Assembly (NCBI GenBank): GCA_963766715.1
Contig: CAVYBH010000008.1
Location: 828,930 to 892,929 of the forward strand
Origin: an uncultured delta proteobacterium
GTDB taxonomy: Bacteria; Myxococcota; Myxococcia; Myxococcales; Anaeromyxobacteraceae
Direction of reading: 5' to 3'
DNA length: 64,000 bases
In this document: piece by piece, positions 12,805 to 22,544 of the stretch
How positions within the stretch are numbered: position 1 is the stretch's first letter
How the letters are laid out: every line of letters begins with the position of its first letter
The notes under the pieces: model-generated
Told to the model about the DNA's origin: nothing
Seen by the model: the letters and a program-made list of their open reading frames with translations, nothing else
Databases searched by the model: none
Made by a program: the position numbers and the translations under genes

Positions 12805-15800
12805 CTACCCCTCCTTCCAGGCGTAGATGGCGGGCAGCACGAGCAGCGTGAGCGCCGTCGAGCTGACGATACCTCCCATCACCACCACGGCAAGCGGTCT
12901 CTGGATGTCCGCTCCCGCGCCGGATGCGTAGAGCATGGGCAGGTGGCCGATGAAGCTCGTCAGCGCCGTCATGAGGAGCGGCCGGAACCGGACGGCGGAG
13001 CCCTCGCGCACGGCCTCCACGACCCCCTTGCCCTCCTTCCGGAGCTGGCGGAAGAAGGCCACGAGCACGACCCCGTTCTGGACCGCGATGCCGAGGAGGA
13101 CGATGAAGGCCACGGCCGCCGAGACCGAGAGCGGCATCCGGAAGGCCACCACGGCGACCACGCCGCCGACCAGCGCGAACGGCAGGTTGAGGAGCACGAG
13201 GAGCGCATCCCCCAGGGTTCCGAGCGCCAGGTAGAGGAGCAGGAGCACGAGCAGGAGCGCGACGGGCACGACCACCGCGAGCTGCCGCATGGCCCGCTGC
13301 TGGTTCTCGAACTGGCCACCCAGCTCGAGGAAGTATCCGCTGGGCAGCTCCTTCACGATGGGCCCGAGCTTCTCCCGGGCGTCCTCGACGAACCCACCGA
13401 GATCCCGCCCCCGGACGTTCGCCTCCACGACGACCCGGCGCATCCCGTTCTCGCGGCTCACCTGGGCAGGCGCCTCGACGAGCCTCGCCACCGCGAGCTC
13501 TCCCAGGGGGACGCGCTCCCCGCCGGGAGCGCGCACGAGCAGCCGCTCGATGTCCTGGATCTCCCGCCGGTTCTCCTCCGGGAACCGGACGGCGACGGCG
13601 AAGCGGCGCTGCCCCTCGATGAGGGTGGTCGCCACGCGCCCGGCGATGGCCGTCTCGATGGTCTCGTTCACGTCGCCGACGCCGATGCCGTGCCGGGCCG
13701 CCGCCTCCCGGTCGATGACCAGGTCGTACTGGCTCATGCCCGACACCTGCTCGACCTTCACGTCGGCCGCACCGCGCACCGCCGTCAGGGCGGCGCCGAT
13801 GCGGTCGGCGAAGACCTTCAGCGTGGGGAGGTCCGGACCGAAGACCTTCACGGCCAGGTCGCTCTTCACGCCGGAGATGAGCTCGTTCACCCGCAGTGCG
13901 ATGGGCTGGGAGAAGGAGTAGCGGAGGCCGGGGAGCTGGGCCAGCTCCCGCTGCATGGCCTCGGCCAGCTCGGCCTTCGTCCGGCCCGACTTCCAGGCCC
14001 GGCGGGGCTTCAGCATGACGAACACGTCCGTCTGCTCGGGGCCCATGGGGTCCTCGGAGATCTCGGCCCGCCCGGTCTTCGACACGACCGTCTCCACCTC
14101 CGGGTACCGGAGCAGCATCTTCTCGACGTGATCGGCCACCTTCACCGATCCGGCGATGGACGCGTTCGGCAGCCGCACGACGTTGATCGCGATCGCCCCC
14201 TCGTCGAGCGGCGGCATGAACTCGGTGCCCACGAACGGCGTGAGGGCGGCGGCGGCGAGGAGCATCCCGAGGGAGGAGAGGATGGCCCGCCTCGGGTGGG
14301 CGAGCACGTGGTCCAGCAGTCGCACGTAACCGGCATGCAATCGCCGGATGAAGCGGAACTCCTTCTCCGCGGACCGCGGCAGCAGCACGTCGGAGAGGAC
14401 GGGGATCACCGTCAGGGCGACGACCAGCGAGACCAGCAGCGCGATGAGCATGGTGCTCGCGAGCGGCGCGAACATCTTCCCCTCGACGCCCTGGAGCGAG
14501 TAGAGCGGCACCAGGATGACGGCGATGACGACGACCGAGAAGCTGACCGGCCTCGCCACCTCCATCACGGCCCGGGCGACGATGCCCCGGTGGTCCTTGC
14601 CGCCCGGCGATCCGGCCAGCTTCCGGCGGGCGTTCTCGACCACGACGATGGAGGCGTCCACCACCATGCCCACCGAGAAGGCGAGCCCGCCCAGGCTCAT
14701 GAGATTCGAGGTGAGGCCGAGCCGGCCCATCAGGATGAAGCTCACCAGGAACGTGAACGGGAGGGAGAAGAGCACCACGAGCGCGGTGCGAAGCTCCGCC
14801 ACGAACAGGAAGAGCACCAGGATCACGAACAGGCCGCCCTCGAGGAGCGCGCCGGTGACGGTCTGGATGCTCGCCTCGATGAGGGAGGTCCGGTCGTAGA
14901 AGACCGCGATGCGGGCGCCCTCGGGGAGCACGCCCTGGGCCTTCGCGATGGCCCCCTTCACCCGGGTGACGACCTCCTTCGAGTTCTCGCCCTTCAGCAT
15001 GATGACCATGCCCGCGACGGTCTCGCCCCTTCCGTCGCGGGTCACCGCCCCCTGCCGCGGCTCCGCGCCAATCTCCACGTCGGCGATGTCGCGCACGTAG
15101 ACGGGGGTGCCGTCCTGCGCCTTCAGGACCACCCGCTCGATGTCCGGGATGTCCCGCAGGAGGCCCACGCCGCGCAGGTAGGTCTGCTCCCACCCGCTCA
15201 CCAGGACGCCTCCTCCGGCGTTGCCGTTCGACCGCTCCAGCGCCTCGGTCACCTCCCGGATGGAGAGGCCGTACTTCACGAGCCGGTCGGGGTGGACGAG
15301 CACCTGGTACTGCTTCACCTCGCCCCCGAAGCTGTTCACCTCGTTCACGCCGGCGACCGGCTTGAGGAGGGGCGCGACGATCCAGTCCTGGAGGGTCCGA
15401 AGCTCCATCGGCGAGTGGCGATCGCTCTCCAGCGTGTACTGGAAGATCTCGCCGAGGCCGGTGCTGATGGGGCCGAGCTCCGGCGTCACGCCCTGCGGGA
15501 GCGCGTCGCGCGCGGCGCCGAGCCGCTCGAACACCACCTGCCGGGTCCACCAGGTGTCGGTCCCGTCCTCGAACACGACCACGACCTGGGAAAGCCCCGC
15601 CTTGGAGAGCGAGCGGACCTGCCGGACCCGGGGGAGCCCGCGCAGCGCCTGCTCGATGGGGAAGCTGACCCGCTCCTCGACGTCCACCGCGGCGAGGCCA
15701 GGCGCCTTCGCGAGCACCATCACCTGGGTGTTGGTCACGTCGGGGAACGCGTCGATGGGAAGGGTGCGCCAGGCGGCGACGCCCCCCGCCGTGAGGAGGA

Positions 15801-15855
15801 GGGTCGCGAGCAGGACGAGGAGCCGGTTGTCGAGCAGCCAGGAGATGGGCTTCAT
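12805..15855 (-). CDS. czcA: CusA/CzcA heavy-metal RND efflux permease
   Basis: LPIDAFPDVT, NLMSLGGLA..GMVVDAS.VVVEN, RFRPLLMTA, IQRPLAVVV. Confidence 0.95.
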   Translation of the reverse strand: MKPISWLLDNRLLVLLATLLLTAGGVAAWRTLPIDAFPDVTNTQVMVLAKAPGLAAVDVEERVSFPIEQALRGLPRVRQVRSLSKAGLSQVVVVFEDGTDTWWTRQVVFERLGAARDALPQGVTPELGPISTGLGEIFQYTLESDRHSPMELRTLQDWIVAPLLKPVAGVNEVNSFGGEVKQYQVLVHPDRLVKYGLSIREVTEALERSNGNAGGGVLVSGWEQTYLRGVGLLRDIPDIERVVLKAQDGTPVYVRDIADVEIGAEPRQGAVTRDGRGETVAGMVIMLKGENSKEVVTRVKGAIAKAQGVLPEGARIAVFYDRTSLIEASIQTVTGALLEGGLFVILVLFLFVAELRTALVVLFSLPFTFLVSFILMGRLGLTSNLMSLGGLAFSVGMVVDASIVVVENARRKLAGSPGGKDHRGIVARAVMEVARPVSFSVVVIAVILVPLYSLQGVEGKMFAPLASTMLIALLVSLVVALTVIPVLSDVLLPRSAEKEFRFIRRLHAGYVRLLDHVLAHPRRAILSSLGMLLAAAALTPFVGTEFMPPLDEGAIAINVVRLPNASIAGSVKVADHVEKMLLRYPEVETVVSKTGRAEISEDPMGPEQTDVFVMLKPRRAWKSGRTKAELAEAMQRELAQLPGLRYSFSQPIALRVNELISGVKSDLAVKVFGPDLPTLKVFADRIGAALTAVRGAADVKVEQVSGMSQYDLVIDREAAARHGIGVGDVNETIETAIAGRVATTLIEGQRRFAVAVRFPEENRREIQDIERLLVRAPGGERVPLGELAVARLVEAPAQVSRENGMRRVVVEANVRGRDLGGFVEDAREKLGPIVKELPSGYFLELGGQFENQQRAMRQLAVVVPVALLLVLLLLYLALGTLGDALLVLLNLPFALVGGVVAVVAFRMPLSVSAAVAFIVLLGIAVQNGVVLVAFFRQLRKEGKGVVEAVREGSAVRFRPLLMTALTSFIGHLPMLYASGAGADIQRPLAVVVMGGIVSSTALTLLVLPAIYAWKEG

Positions 15856-15865
15856 GGCGCGCTCG

Positions 15866-17164
15866 CTAGTCCGCACATCCGGCGCCCATCTTCGAGCGCA
15901 GGACGTCGGACTTGAGGAGGAAGCAACCCTCGGTGGCCACGGTCTCGCCTCCGGCGAGCCCCCGGGTGATCTCCACCTGGCCGGCGGACGATCGCCCCGT
16001 CTCGACGGGCCGGCGAACCCAGTAGTCGCCGTGGTGCCGGACGAAGACGAAGGAGCGCCCCTCGTCGGAGAGCAGGGCGGCTCGAGGCACGACCAGCGCG
16101 TCGGGACCGGACGGCAGGTAGAGCTCCACGTTCACGAACATGCCGGCCCGGAGCCTCCCCTTCGGGTTCGGCACCCCGACCCGGACCTTGAGCGTGCGGG
16201 TCTTCTCGTCCATCGAGGGCGCCACGAAGTCCACCGTGGCCGGAAAGACCTCTCCCGGGAAGGCCTTCGCGGTCACGCTGGCGCGCATGTCGCCGTGGTG
16301 CTCGTGGGCGAGCACCTGCCTCACCTGCCCCTCGTAGACGTCGGCCCACACCCACATCTGCGAGAGGTCACCGATGGTGAAGAGGTTCTGGTCGGGCCGG
16401 GCCGCCTCGCCCGGGACCGCGTGCATGTCCAGGATGGTCCCGGCCGCGGGGGCGCGGAGCACCAGCCGTCCCTGGGCCCCGGCCGGCCCCGCCTTCGCGA
16501 GTCCGTCGATCTCGGCCGGACCGAGCCCCAGCCGCCGCAGCCTGTCCCCTGCCGCCTGCGCCTTGATCCCGGCCGACTCCGCCTCCTGCCGGGCGGCGAG
16601 GAACTCCTTCTCGGACGAGATCGCCTCCTCCCGGAGCGCGGCCTGCCGGTCGAGCGCCTTCCTGGCGAGGCGGAGCGTCGCCTCCGATTCCAGGTAGCTG
16701 CTCTCGGCCTCGCCGAGCCCGGCGCTCTCCATCTCCAAGAGCGGCTGCCCCGCGGCGACCTTCTCCCCCAGCGCGACGAGCACCTTCCGGATGACCCCCT
16801 CGGCGCGAGGCGAGAGATGGGTGACCTTTCGTTCCGCGAAGCGCACCTCCCCCGTGAGCGGCACGGGCGTCTCCATCGGGCGGCGCTCGGCCGTGGCGGA
16901 CTTCACGAGCCCTTCCTTCAGGAGGCTCTCCGGAACCCGGACCACGCCGACCTGGTACCGGCACTCGTCGCACTCGTGCGTCTTCCTGGCGTGCTCGCAG
17001 GTGGCGGCGAAGAGCTCCTCCACCGGGCGGTCGAGGTCCGAGGCCTTCGCGGCCCCGTGCTCGTCGTGTCCGTGACCGGCTTCGGGCGGCGGCGGCGCAG
17101 GGGCGGGCGCAGGGCGGCAGGCGACCAGGAAGGCGAGCACGGCGATCGGGACGTGGCGGTTCAT
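15866..17164 (-). CDS. czcB: RND periplasmic adaptor (CzcB-like lipoprotein) with His/Cys-rich N-terminus
   Basis: LVAC lipobox, MFP motifs (RAPAAG, TRTLKVR, LRAGMF); HGHDEH...CEH...HECDEC. Confidence 0.92.
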   Translation of the reverse strand: MNRHVPIAVLAFLVACRPAPAPAPPPPEAGHGHDEHGAAKASDLDRPVEELFAATCEHARKTHECDECRYQVGVVRVPESLLKEGLVKSATAERRPMETPVPLTGEVRFAERKVTHLSPRAEGVIRKVLVALGEKVAAGQPLLEMESAGLGEAESSYLESEATLRLARKALDRQAALREEAISSEKEFLAARQEAESAGIKAQAAGDRLRRLGLGPAEIDGLAKAGPAGAQGRLVLRAPAAGTILDMHAVPGEAARPDQNLFTIGDLSQMWVWADVYEGQVRQVLAHEHHGDMRASVTAKAFPGEVFPATVDFVAPSMDEKTRTLKVRVGVPNPKGRLRAGMFVNVELYLPSGPDALVVPRAALLSDEGRSFVFVRHHGDYWVRRPVETGRSSAGQVEITRGLAGGETVATEGCFLLKSDVLRSKMGAGCAD

Positions 17165-18381
17165 GGGAGGTCTCCCCCGGTGAGGATGGTGAGCGTGCTG
17201 CATTCCAGCTGCTGCTCCAGCTCCGCGGCGAGCAGCTCGCGGCGCACCTCCAGCAGCGCGCGGCGCGAGTCGAGGGTCTCGAGGAGGGGCGACTCGCCGA
17301 GCTGGTACGAACGCTCCATCTTGGCGGCGGCGGTCTCCGCCCTGGGGACGACCTCCTCCCGCAGGCGCCGGGAGGCCAGCCGTCCCTGCGTGCACATCGC
17401 CCAGGACTCGACGAGGGCGGCACGGGCCTCGTAGGTGGCGACGAGGACCCGGCTCTCCTCGGCGGCCTGGATGGCCTCGGCCTGCGCGATCTTCCCCGAG
17501 TTCCAGTTCCAGACCGGGAACTCCACCCCGAGTCCTCCTCCCACCGCGCTGCGGTCGACCTCGTCGAGCGCGTAGCCGGAGAGGCTCACGGCGGGGATGC
17601 GCTGGTTCCGCTCGGCCCGGACCTCGGCGGCGGCGGCGGCCACCCGGTCGCGAGCCGCGCGGACCCGCGGCTGGCCGGAGACTGCTCGCTCCCGGACGTC
17701 CGCGAGCGGCGGCGGCTCGGGGGCCTGGGCCATGTCGATGGCGACCCGTTCGACCGGGCGTCCGGCCCAGAGCGAGAGCTGATCCCGGTGCACCATGGCG
17801 CGGGCCTGGGCCTGGGCCAGCGCGAGCCGGGCGCGCTCCGCCTCGACCTCGACCCGCGGCAGCTCGGGTGGCCGCGCCTCCCCTCGCTCGACCCGGAGAC
17901 GGACCAGCCGGGCCAGGTCGTCGGCCTGCCGGGAAGATGCGGCGAGGGACTCCACCAGGCGCCCGTCGTGGGCGACCAGGACGAAGAGACGGCGCAGCCG
18001 GAGGAGCACCTCCTGCCGGACGAGCGCGCTCTCCTCCTCGGCCTCGCTCGCCGAGGCGCGGGCGGCGTCCTCCCGGGGTCCGCGGGTTCCCAGCCATTCG
18101 AGCGGGACCGTGATCCCCAGCGCCCACTCGGTCCTCCGGAGCGAGCCGCCGGCGGTCCAGCCCTCGCCCGCGGTCACCTCCAGCCTGGGATTCGGCACCT
18201 GGCCCACGGCGTCGACGCCGGAGCGCGCCGCCGACGCTCGAAGGGTGGCCTCCCGGAACCGGGGGTTCCGGTCGAGCCCGGACAGCACCTCCTGCCATCG
18301 CAGGGGTGGCGTGGTTTCCAGTGCGCGCGCTTCGGTTCCCAGGACGGCGCAGATCGCCGACACGACGAGATACGGTCTCAC
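17161..18381 (-). CDS. czcC: TolC/CzcC-family outer-membrane efflux protein
   Basis: PNPRL...PVWNWNSG...YQLGESPLLE.LD.RR; operon position; GTG start with GGAGG. Confidence 0.9.
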   Translation of the reverse strand: MRPYLVVSAICAVLGTEARALETTPPLRWQEVLSGLDRNPRFREATLRASAARSGVDAVGQVPNPRLEVTAGEGWTAGGSLRRTEWALGITVPLEWLGTRGPREDAARASASEAEEESALVRQEVLLRLRRLFVLVAHDGRLVESLAASSRQADDLARLVRLRVERGEARPPELPRVEVEAERARLALAQAQARAMVHRDQLSLWAGRPVERVAIDMAQAPEPPPLADVRERAVSGQPRVRAARDRVAAAAAEVRAERNQRIPAVSLSGYALDEVDRSAVGGGLGVEFPVWNWNSGKIAQAEAIQAAEESRVLVATYEARAALVESWAMCTQGRLASRRLREEVVPRAETAAAKMERSYQLGESPLLETLDSRRALLEVRRELLAAELEQQLECSTLTILTGGDLP

Positions 18382-18498
18382 GTTGCTGCCTCCCACGAGC
18401 CAGGCCGAGGGCGCGAGACGCACCCGGGGCAGGGCTTCGAGACGGACGACGGGCGGGCGGCGCCGGTGAGCGGCGGCCCGTGACCTCGAGTCGACGTC

Positions 18499-18822
18499 TC
18501 AGGCGATGGGAGGGCGGAACGGCCGGTCGGGTGCGCGCGGCGCCACGCCGTCGGCCTCGGCGGGCGAGAGCAGGCTCGGCGTCCAGGTCACGCGGAGGGG
18601 CTGGCTGGCGGGAGTCGCGACCACGGGCTGCGGGGCGCAGCAGGCGCAGCGATGGCTGGTGGGGCAGCACCCGTGCTCACCGCCCTGGTCTCCCAGGTCG
18701 CCCTCGTCCGCGCCCGAGTGGGCGAGGTGCCCCGTCGTCGCGTAGTGAACCACGGCTTCGGCCGCCTCGCCGAAGGCGGGCGCCAGGCCATGGATCAGGA
18801 GGAGGACGAGCAGGAGGCGCAC
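18499..18822 (-). CDS. Cys/His-rich exported leader protein (CzcI/DUF2946-like)
   Basis: Hydrophobic N-terminus, HGCCPTSHRCACC, C-terminal PDRPFRPPIA; first gene upstream of czcC. Confidence 0.7.
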   Translation of the reverse strand: MRLLLVLLLIHGLAPAFGEAAEAVVHYATTGHLAHSGADEGDLGDQGGEHGCCPTSHRCACCAPQPVVATPASQPLRVTWTPSLLSPAEADGVAPRAPDRPFRPPIA

Positions 18823-18849
18823 GGCGAGGGCGATGCTACCATGGCCCGC

Positions 18850-19389
18850 ATGAATGGACCCTCCAGGATTCCCGTGCGCCAGACCATTCCCCTCCGGGAG
18901 CGACCCGTCGACTGGATCCTGCTCGCGTTCTTCGCGATCAACCTCGGCTTCATCACCTACGTCGTCGATCTCGAGCAGCTGGTGATCGCCGACGTCACGA
19001 AGTTCGAGTACCCGCTCTGGCCGACCCGCGCGCTCGTCGACATGGTGCACTGGTGGGGAAACAGCTTCGATCCGCTCCAGAACGCGAGGCCGCCCTGGTG
19101 GCGCGCGACCATCTGGCTCGACGTGCTCCTGTTCGGCCCCTTCTACGCCGCGGCGATCTGGGCCATCGCGAAGGGCAAGGAGTGGATCCGCGTTCCGGCG
19201 ATCTTCTGGTCCGGCGTGATGTTCGCGAACGTCTCCATCATCATGTTCGAGGAGTACTTCGGACCTCACGCGACTCCCGCGCGCGCGATCGTGACCCTGG
19301 CCAACCTCCCCTGGTGGCTCCTGCCGTTCTTCGTGACCTGGCGGTTCGGGCGCGAGCATCCCTTCAGCAGGGAAGTCCCGGCGCCCTAG
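18850..19389 (+). CDS. EXPERA/emopamil-binding-family membrane protein (start may be GTG 18874)
   Basis: 4 TM; ITY.VD...DPL...PPWW...D..L.GPFY...N.PW..LP pattern. Confidence 0.75.
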   Translation: MNGPSRIPVRQTIPLRERPVDWILLAFFAINLGFITYVVDLEQLVIADVTKFEYPLWPTRALVDMVHWWGNSFDPLQNARPPWWRATIWLDVLLFGPFYAAAIWAIAKGKEWIRVPAIFWSGVMFANVSIIMFEEYFGPHATPARAIVTLANLPWWLLPFFVTWRFGREHPFSREVPAP

Positions 19390-19403
19390 AACCGGGGAAG
19401 GCG

Positions 19404-19540
19404 TCACGCCTCGGCCGGCGCCACCGGCAGCTCGACGCGGAAGGTCGATCCCCTGCCGATCTCGCTCTCCAGGGTGATCGTCCCGTCGTGAGCCGTCACG
19501 ATGGCGTTCGAAGATCCGCTCCTTCAATTCCTGGGGGATC
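19404..19540 (-). pseudogene. histidine-kinase HATPase C-terminal remnant with internal deletion
   Basis: GIPQELKERIFE joined directly to [42 protein letters not shown] segment missing; no N-terminus. Confidence 0.8.
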
Positions 19541-19688
19541 CCCGGACCGCCGCCGTGGCGTCTCGAGGTAGTGACGCTGGGTGAATTTCGCCCGTGGGAC
19601 CATTTTGTCCGGAAAGGGTCGCACTCCCTGTCTATTGGTGGCGGACACCCACTCGCGCCCTGCCGCGGCGCGTCAAGAGGAGCACCAC

Positions 19689-21209
19689 ATGCTCTACGCA
19701 GCGCCTGGTCAGCCCGGCAGCAAGGTCACCTTCAAGAAGCGCTACGAGAACTACATCGGGGGGAAGTGGGTCGCGCCGGTGAAGGGCCAGTACTTCGAGA
19801 ACGTCTCGCCCGTGACCGGCAAGCCGTTCTGCGAGATCCCCCGCTCCGACGAGGCCGACATCAACCTCGCCCTCGACGCCGCGCACGCCGCCAAGGTGGC
19901 CTGGGGCAAGATGTCCTACGCCGCCCGCTCGATCATCCTCAACAAGATCGCCGACCGGATGGAGCAGAACCTCGAGATGCTCGCGGTCGCCGAGACCTGG
20001 GACAACGGCAAGCCGGTCCGCGAGACCATCGCCGCCGACATGCCGCTCGCCATCGACCACTTCCGCTACTTCGCCGGCGTCATCCGGGCGCAGGAGGGCT
20101 CGGTGGCCGAGATCGACGACACCACCGTCGCCTACCACTACCTCGAGCCGCTCGGCGTGGTCGGTCAGATCATCCCCTGGAACTTCCCCATCCTCATGGC
20201 GGTCTGGAAGCTCGCCCCGGCGCTCGCCGCCGGCAACTGCGTGGTCCTGAAGCCGGCCGAGCAGACCCCCGCCTCCATCCTGGTGCTCATGGAGCTCGTC
20301 GGCGACCTGCTCCCGCCCGGCGTCGTGAACGTGGTGAACGGCTTCGGCCTCGAGGCCGGCAAGCCGCTCGCCTCCTCGCGCCGCATCGCCAAGATCGCCT
20401 TCACCGGCGAGACCACCACCGGCCGCCTCATCATGCAGTACGCCTCGCAGAACCTCATCCCGGTGACGCTGGAGCTCGGCGGCAAGTCGCCCAACGTCTT
20501 CTTCGAGGACGTCATGGCGAAGGACGACGACTTCTTCGACAAGGCGCTCGAGGGCTTCACCATGTTCGCGCTCAACCAGGGCGAGGTCTGCACCTGCCCG
20601 TCGCGCGCGCTCGTCCAGGAGTCGATCTACGACCGCTTCATGGAGAAGGCCCTGGCCCGAGTGAAGAAGGTGAAGCAGGGAAACCCGCTCGACACCGACA
20701 CCATGATCGGCGCGCAGGCCTCCACCGAGCAGCTCGAGAAGATCCTGTCCTACATCGACATCGGCAAGCAGGAAGGGGCGAAGGTCCTGACCGGCGGCGG
20801 CCGCAACGTCCTCGGCGGCGACCTGGCCGGCGGCTACTACGTCACGCCGACCATCCTCGAGGGCAACAACAAGATGCGGGTCTTCCAGGAGGAGATCTTC
20901 GGGCCGGTGGTGGCGGTCACGAAGTTCAAGGACGAGGCCGAGGCGCTCCACATCGCCAACGACACCCTCTACGGGCTCGGCGCCGGCGTGTGGACCCGCG
21001 ACGGCAACACCGCCTACCGGATGGGACGCGCGATCCAGGCCGGCCGCGTGTGGACGAACTGCTACCACCTCTACCCGGCGCACGCGGCCTTCGGCGGCTA
21101 CAAGGGCTCGGGCATCGGGCGCGAGAACCACAAGATGATGCTCTCGCACTACCAGCAGACGAAGAACCTGCTCGTGAGCTACTCGCCCAAGGCGCTCGGC
21201 TTCTTCTAG
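19689..21209 (+). CDS. aldB: NAD-dependent aldehyde dehydrogenase (AldB/ExaC type)
   Basis: [49 protein letters not shown]. Confidence 0.97.
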   Translation: MLYAAPGQPGSKVTFKKRYENYIGGKWVAPVKGQYFENVSPVTGKPFCEIPRSDEADINLALDAAHAAKVAWGKMSYAARSIILNKIADRMEQNLEMLAVAETWDNGKPVRETIAADMPLAIDHFRYFAGVIRAQEGSVAEIDDTTVAYHYLEPLGVVGQIIPWNFPILMAVWKLAPALAAGNCVVLKPAEQTPASILVLMELVGDLLPPGVVNVVNGFGLEAGKPLASSRRIAKIAFTGETTTGRLIMQYASQNLIPVTLELGGKSPNVFFEDVMAKDDDFFDKALEGFTMFALNQGEVCTCPSRALVQESIYDRFMEKALARVKKVKQGNPLDTDTMIGAQASTEQLEKILSYIDIGKQEGAKVLTGGGRNVLGGDLAGGYYVTPTILEGNNKMRVFQEEIFGPVVAVTKFKDEAEALHIANDTLYGLGAGVWTRDGNTAYRMGRAIQAGRVWTNCYHLYPAHAAFGGYKGSGIGRENHKMMLSHYQQTKNLLVSYSPKALGFF

Positions 21210-21213
21210 TCGC

Positions 21214-21612
21214 TTGGAAACACCGCTCCCACCCCGCGTCGTCGCCACCGAGGCCGCGCTCGCCCTGATCGCGCGCCTCGTGGCGAAGCACGGCCCGATC
21301 ATGTTCCACCAGTCGGGAGGATGCTGCGACGGCAGCGCGCCCATGTGCTACCCGCGCGGCGACCTGATGGTGGGCGACTCCGACCGGCTGCTCGGCGAGA
21401 TCGGGGGGCAGCCCTTCTACATCGGCCTGGCCCAGTTCGGGTACTGGCGCCACACCCAGCTGGTCATCGACGTGGTGCCGGGCCGGGGCGGCATGTTCTC
21501 GCTCGAGGGCGTGGAGGGGGTGCGGTTCCTCACCCGGTCGCGCGTCTTCACCGACGAGGAGCACGCGGCGCTGTCCGCCGCGGAGGGGCCGGAGTCGCTT
21601 CGCCATCCGTGA
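21214..21612 (+). CDS. DUF779 protein
   Basis: MFHQSGGCCDGSAPMC...GRGGMFSLE; usual ALDH neighbour. Confidence 0.92.
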   Translation: METPLPPRVVATEAALALIARLVAKHGPIMFHQSGGCCDGSAPMCYPRGDLMVGDSDRLLGEIGGQPFYIGLAQFGYWRHTQLVIDVVPGRGGMFSLEGVEGVRFLTRSRVFTDEEHAALSAAEGPESLRHP

Positions 21613-21679
21613 CCCTTCGACACAAATCGCATGGCGCCGGGGCGAGCCGCTCCTAGCAATTGGTGTGGGAGGGTCATCC

Positions 21680-22531
21680 ATGGCCTCGTTTCGGTTCGGC
21701 TTCTTGCCTCTGGGCGGCCTCGCCCTCGTCGTCGCCACCTCGTTCGCCCTCCGGGCTCGCGCTGCCGACTCTCCGGCCGCTGCCGCGAACGTCGCGCCTG
21801 CGGGCCACCGCTGGGCGCCGGAGGCACAGGTCCTGGAGCCCCGGGCGCTCTCGGTCCTGAAGGCCACGAGCGCGCGGCTCGCCGCTGCGCGTACGCTCGC
21901 CTTCACCGCGGTGATCGCCGACGAGGCTCCCAGCAGGCTGGGCCCGCCCCTGCTGTACGCCTCCCGCGCCGACGTCTCCCTCCAGCGCCCGGACCGGCTG
22001 CGGATCGTGTCCAGCGGGGCCGGTCCCCGGTCCGAGATCTTCGTGAACGGGACCGAGCTCTCGGCCTGGGCGCCCGCCGAGGGGCTCCTGGCCCAGGCGA
22101 AGGTCCCCCCCACGATCGACGGGGCGCTCGAGGCCGCCCACAGGCTGGCCCACGTCTACTTCCCGTTCTCGGACGTCGTGGTGGCCGACCCGTACGGCGA
22201 CCTCGCCCCGGACCTGCGCCTCGCCTTCTACATCGGCCGGACGCGGGCGGTGGGCGGCGTCGAGACCGACATGATCGCCTACGCGACGGACGAGGTCTTC
22301 ATCCAGGCCTGGATCGGCGTCGACGACCGCCTCCCGCGCCGCTTCCGCGCCATCTACCTGATGGACGGCGGCAACCTTCGCCACGAGATGGAGCTGTCGG
22401 GATGGCGGGTCGATCCGAAGCTCCCCGCCTCGACGTTCGCGCTCCCGGCGGCCGCCCGGAAGGCGCGGCCCATTCCCTTCGAACCGCCCGTGGCATCGAC
22501 GCCGGCACCCGCACCTGCTGCACCCAAGTAG
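21680..22531 (+). CDS. DUF2092 periplasmic protein
   Basis: Signal peptide; L.RPDRLR, FPFSD....DPY, QAWIG..D.LP. Confidence 0.8.
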   Translation: MASFRFGFLPLGGLALVVATSFALRARAADSPAAAANVAPAGHRWAPEAQVLEPRALSVLKATSARLAAARTLAFTAVIADEAPSRLGPPLLYASRADVSLQRPDRLRIVSSGAGPRSEIFVNGTELSAWAPAEGLLAQAKVPPTIDGALEAAHRLAHVYFPFSDVVVADPYGDLAPDLRLAFYIGRTRAVGGVETDMIAYATDEVFIQAWIGVDDRLPRRFRAIYLMDGGNLRHEMELSGWRVDPKLPASTFALPAAARKARPIPFEPPVASTPAPAPAAPK

Positions 22532-22544
22532 GAGGATCGCCACG

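Noticed and set aside
12269..17434. Long shadow ORFs (12269..15550, 12799..15915, 15221..17434; likewise 24114..26876 and 34523..37243)
   Set aside because: Antisense or alternative-frame artefacts of high GC over clear genes; Arg/Pro/Gly-rich with no motifs
19590..19670. Sigma-54 promoter or AcoR-type upstream site for aldB
   Set aside because: Only a weak GG-N10-GC match without the TGGCAC consensus
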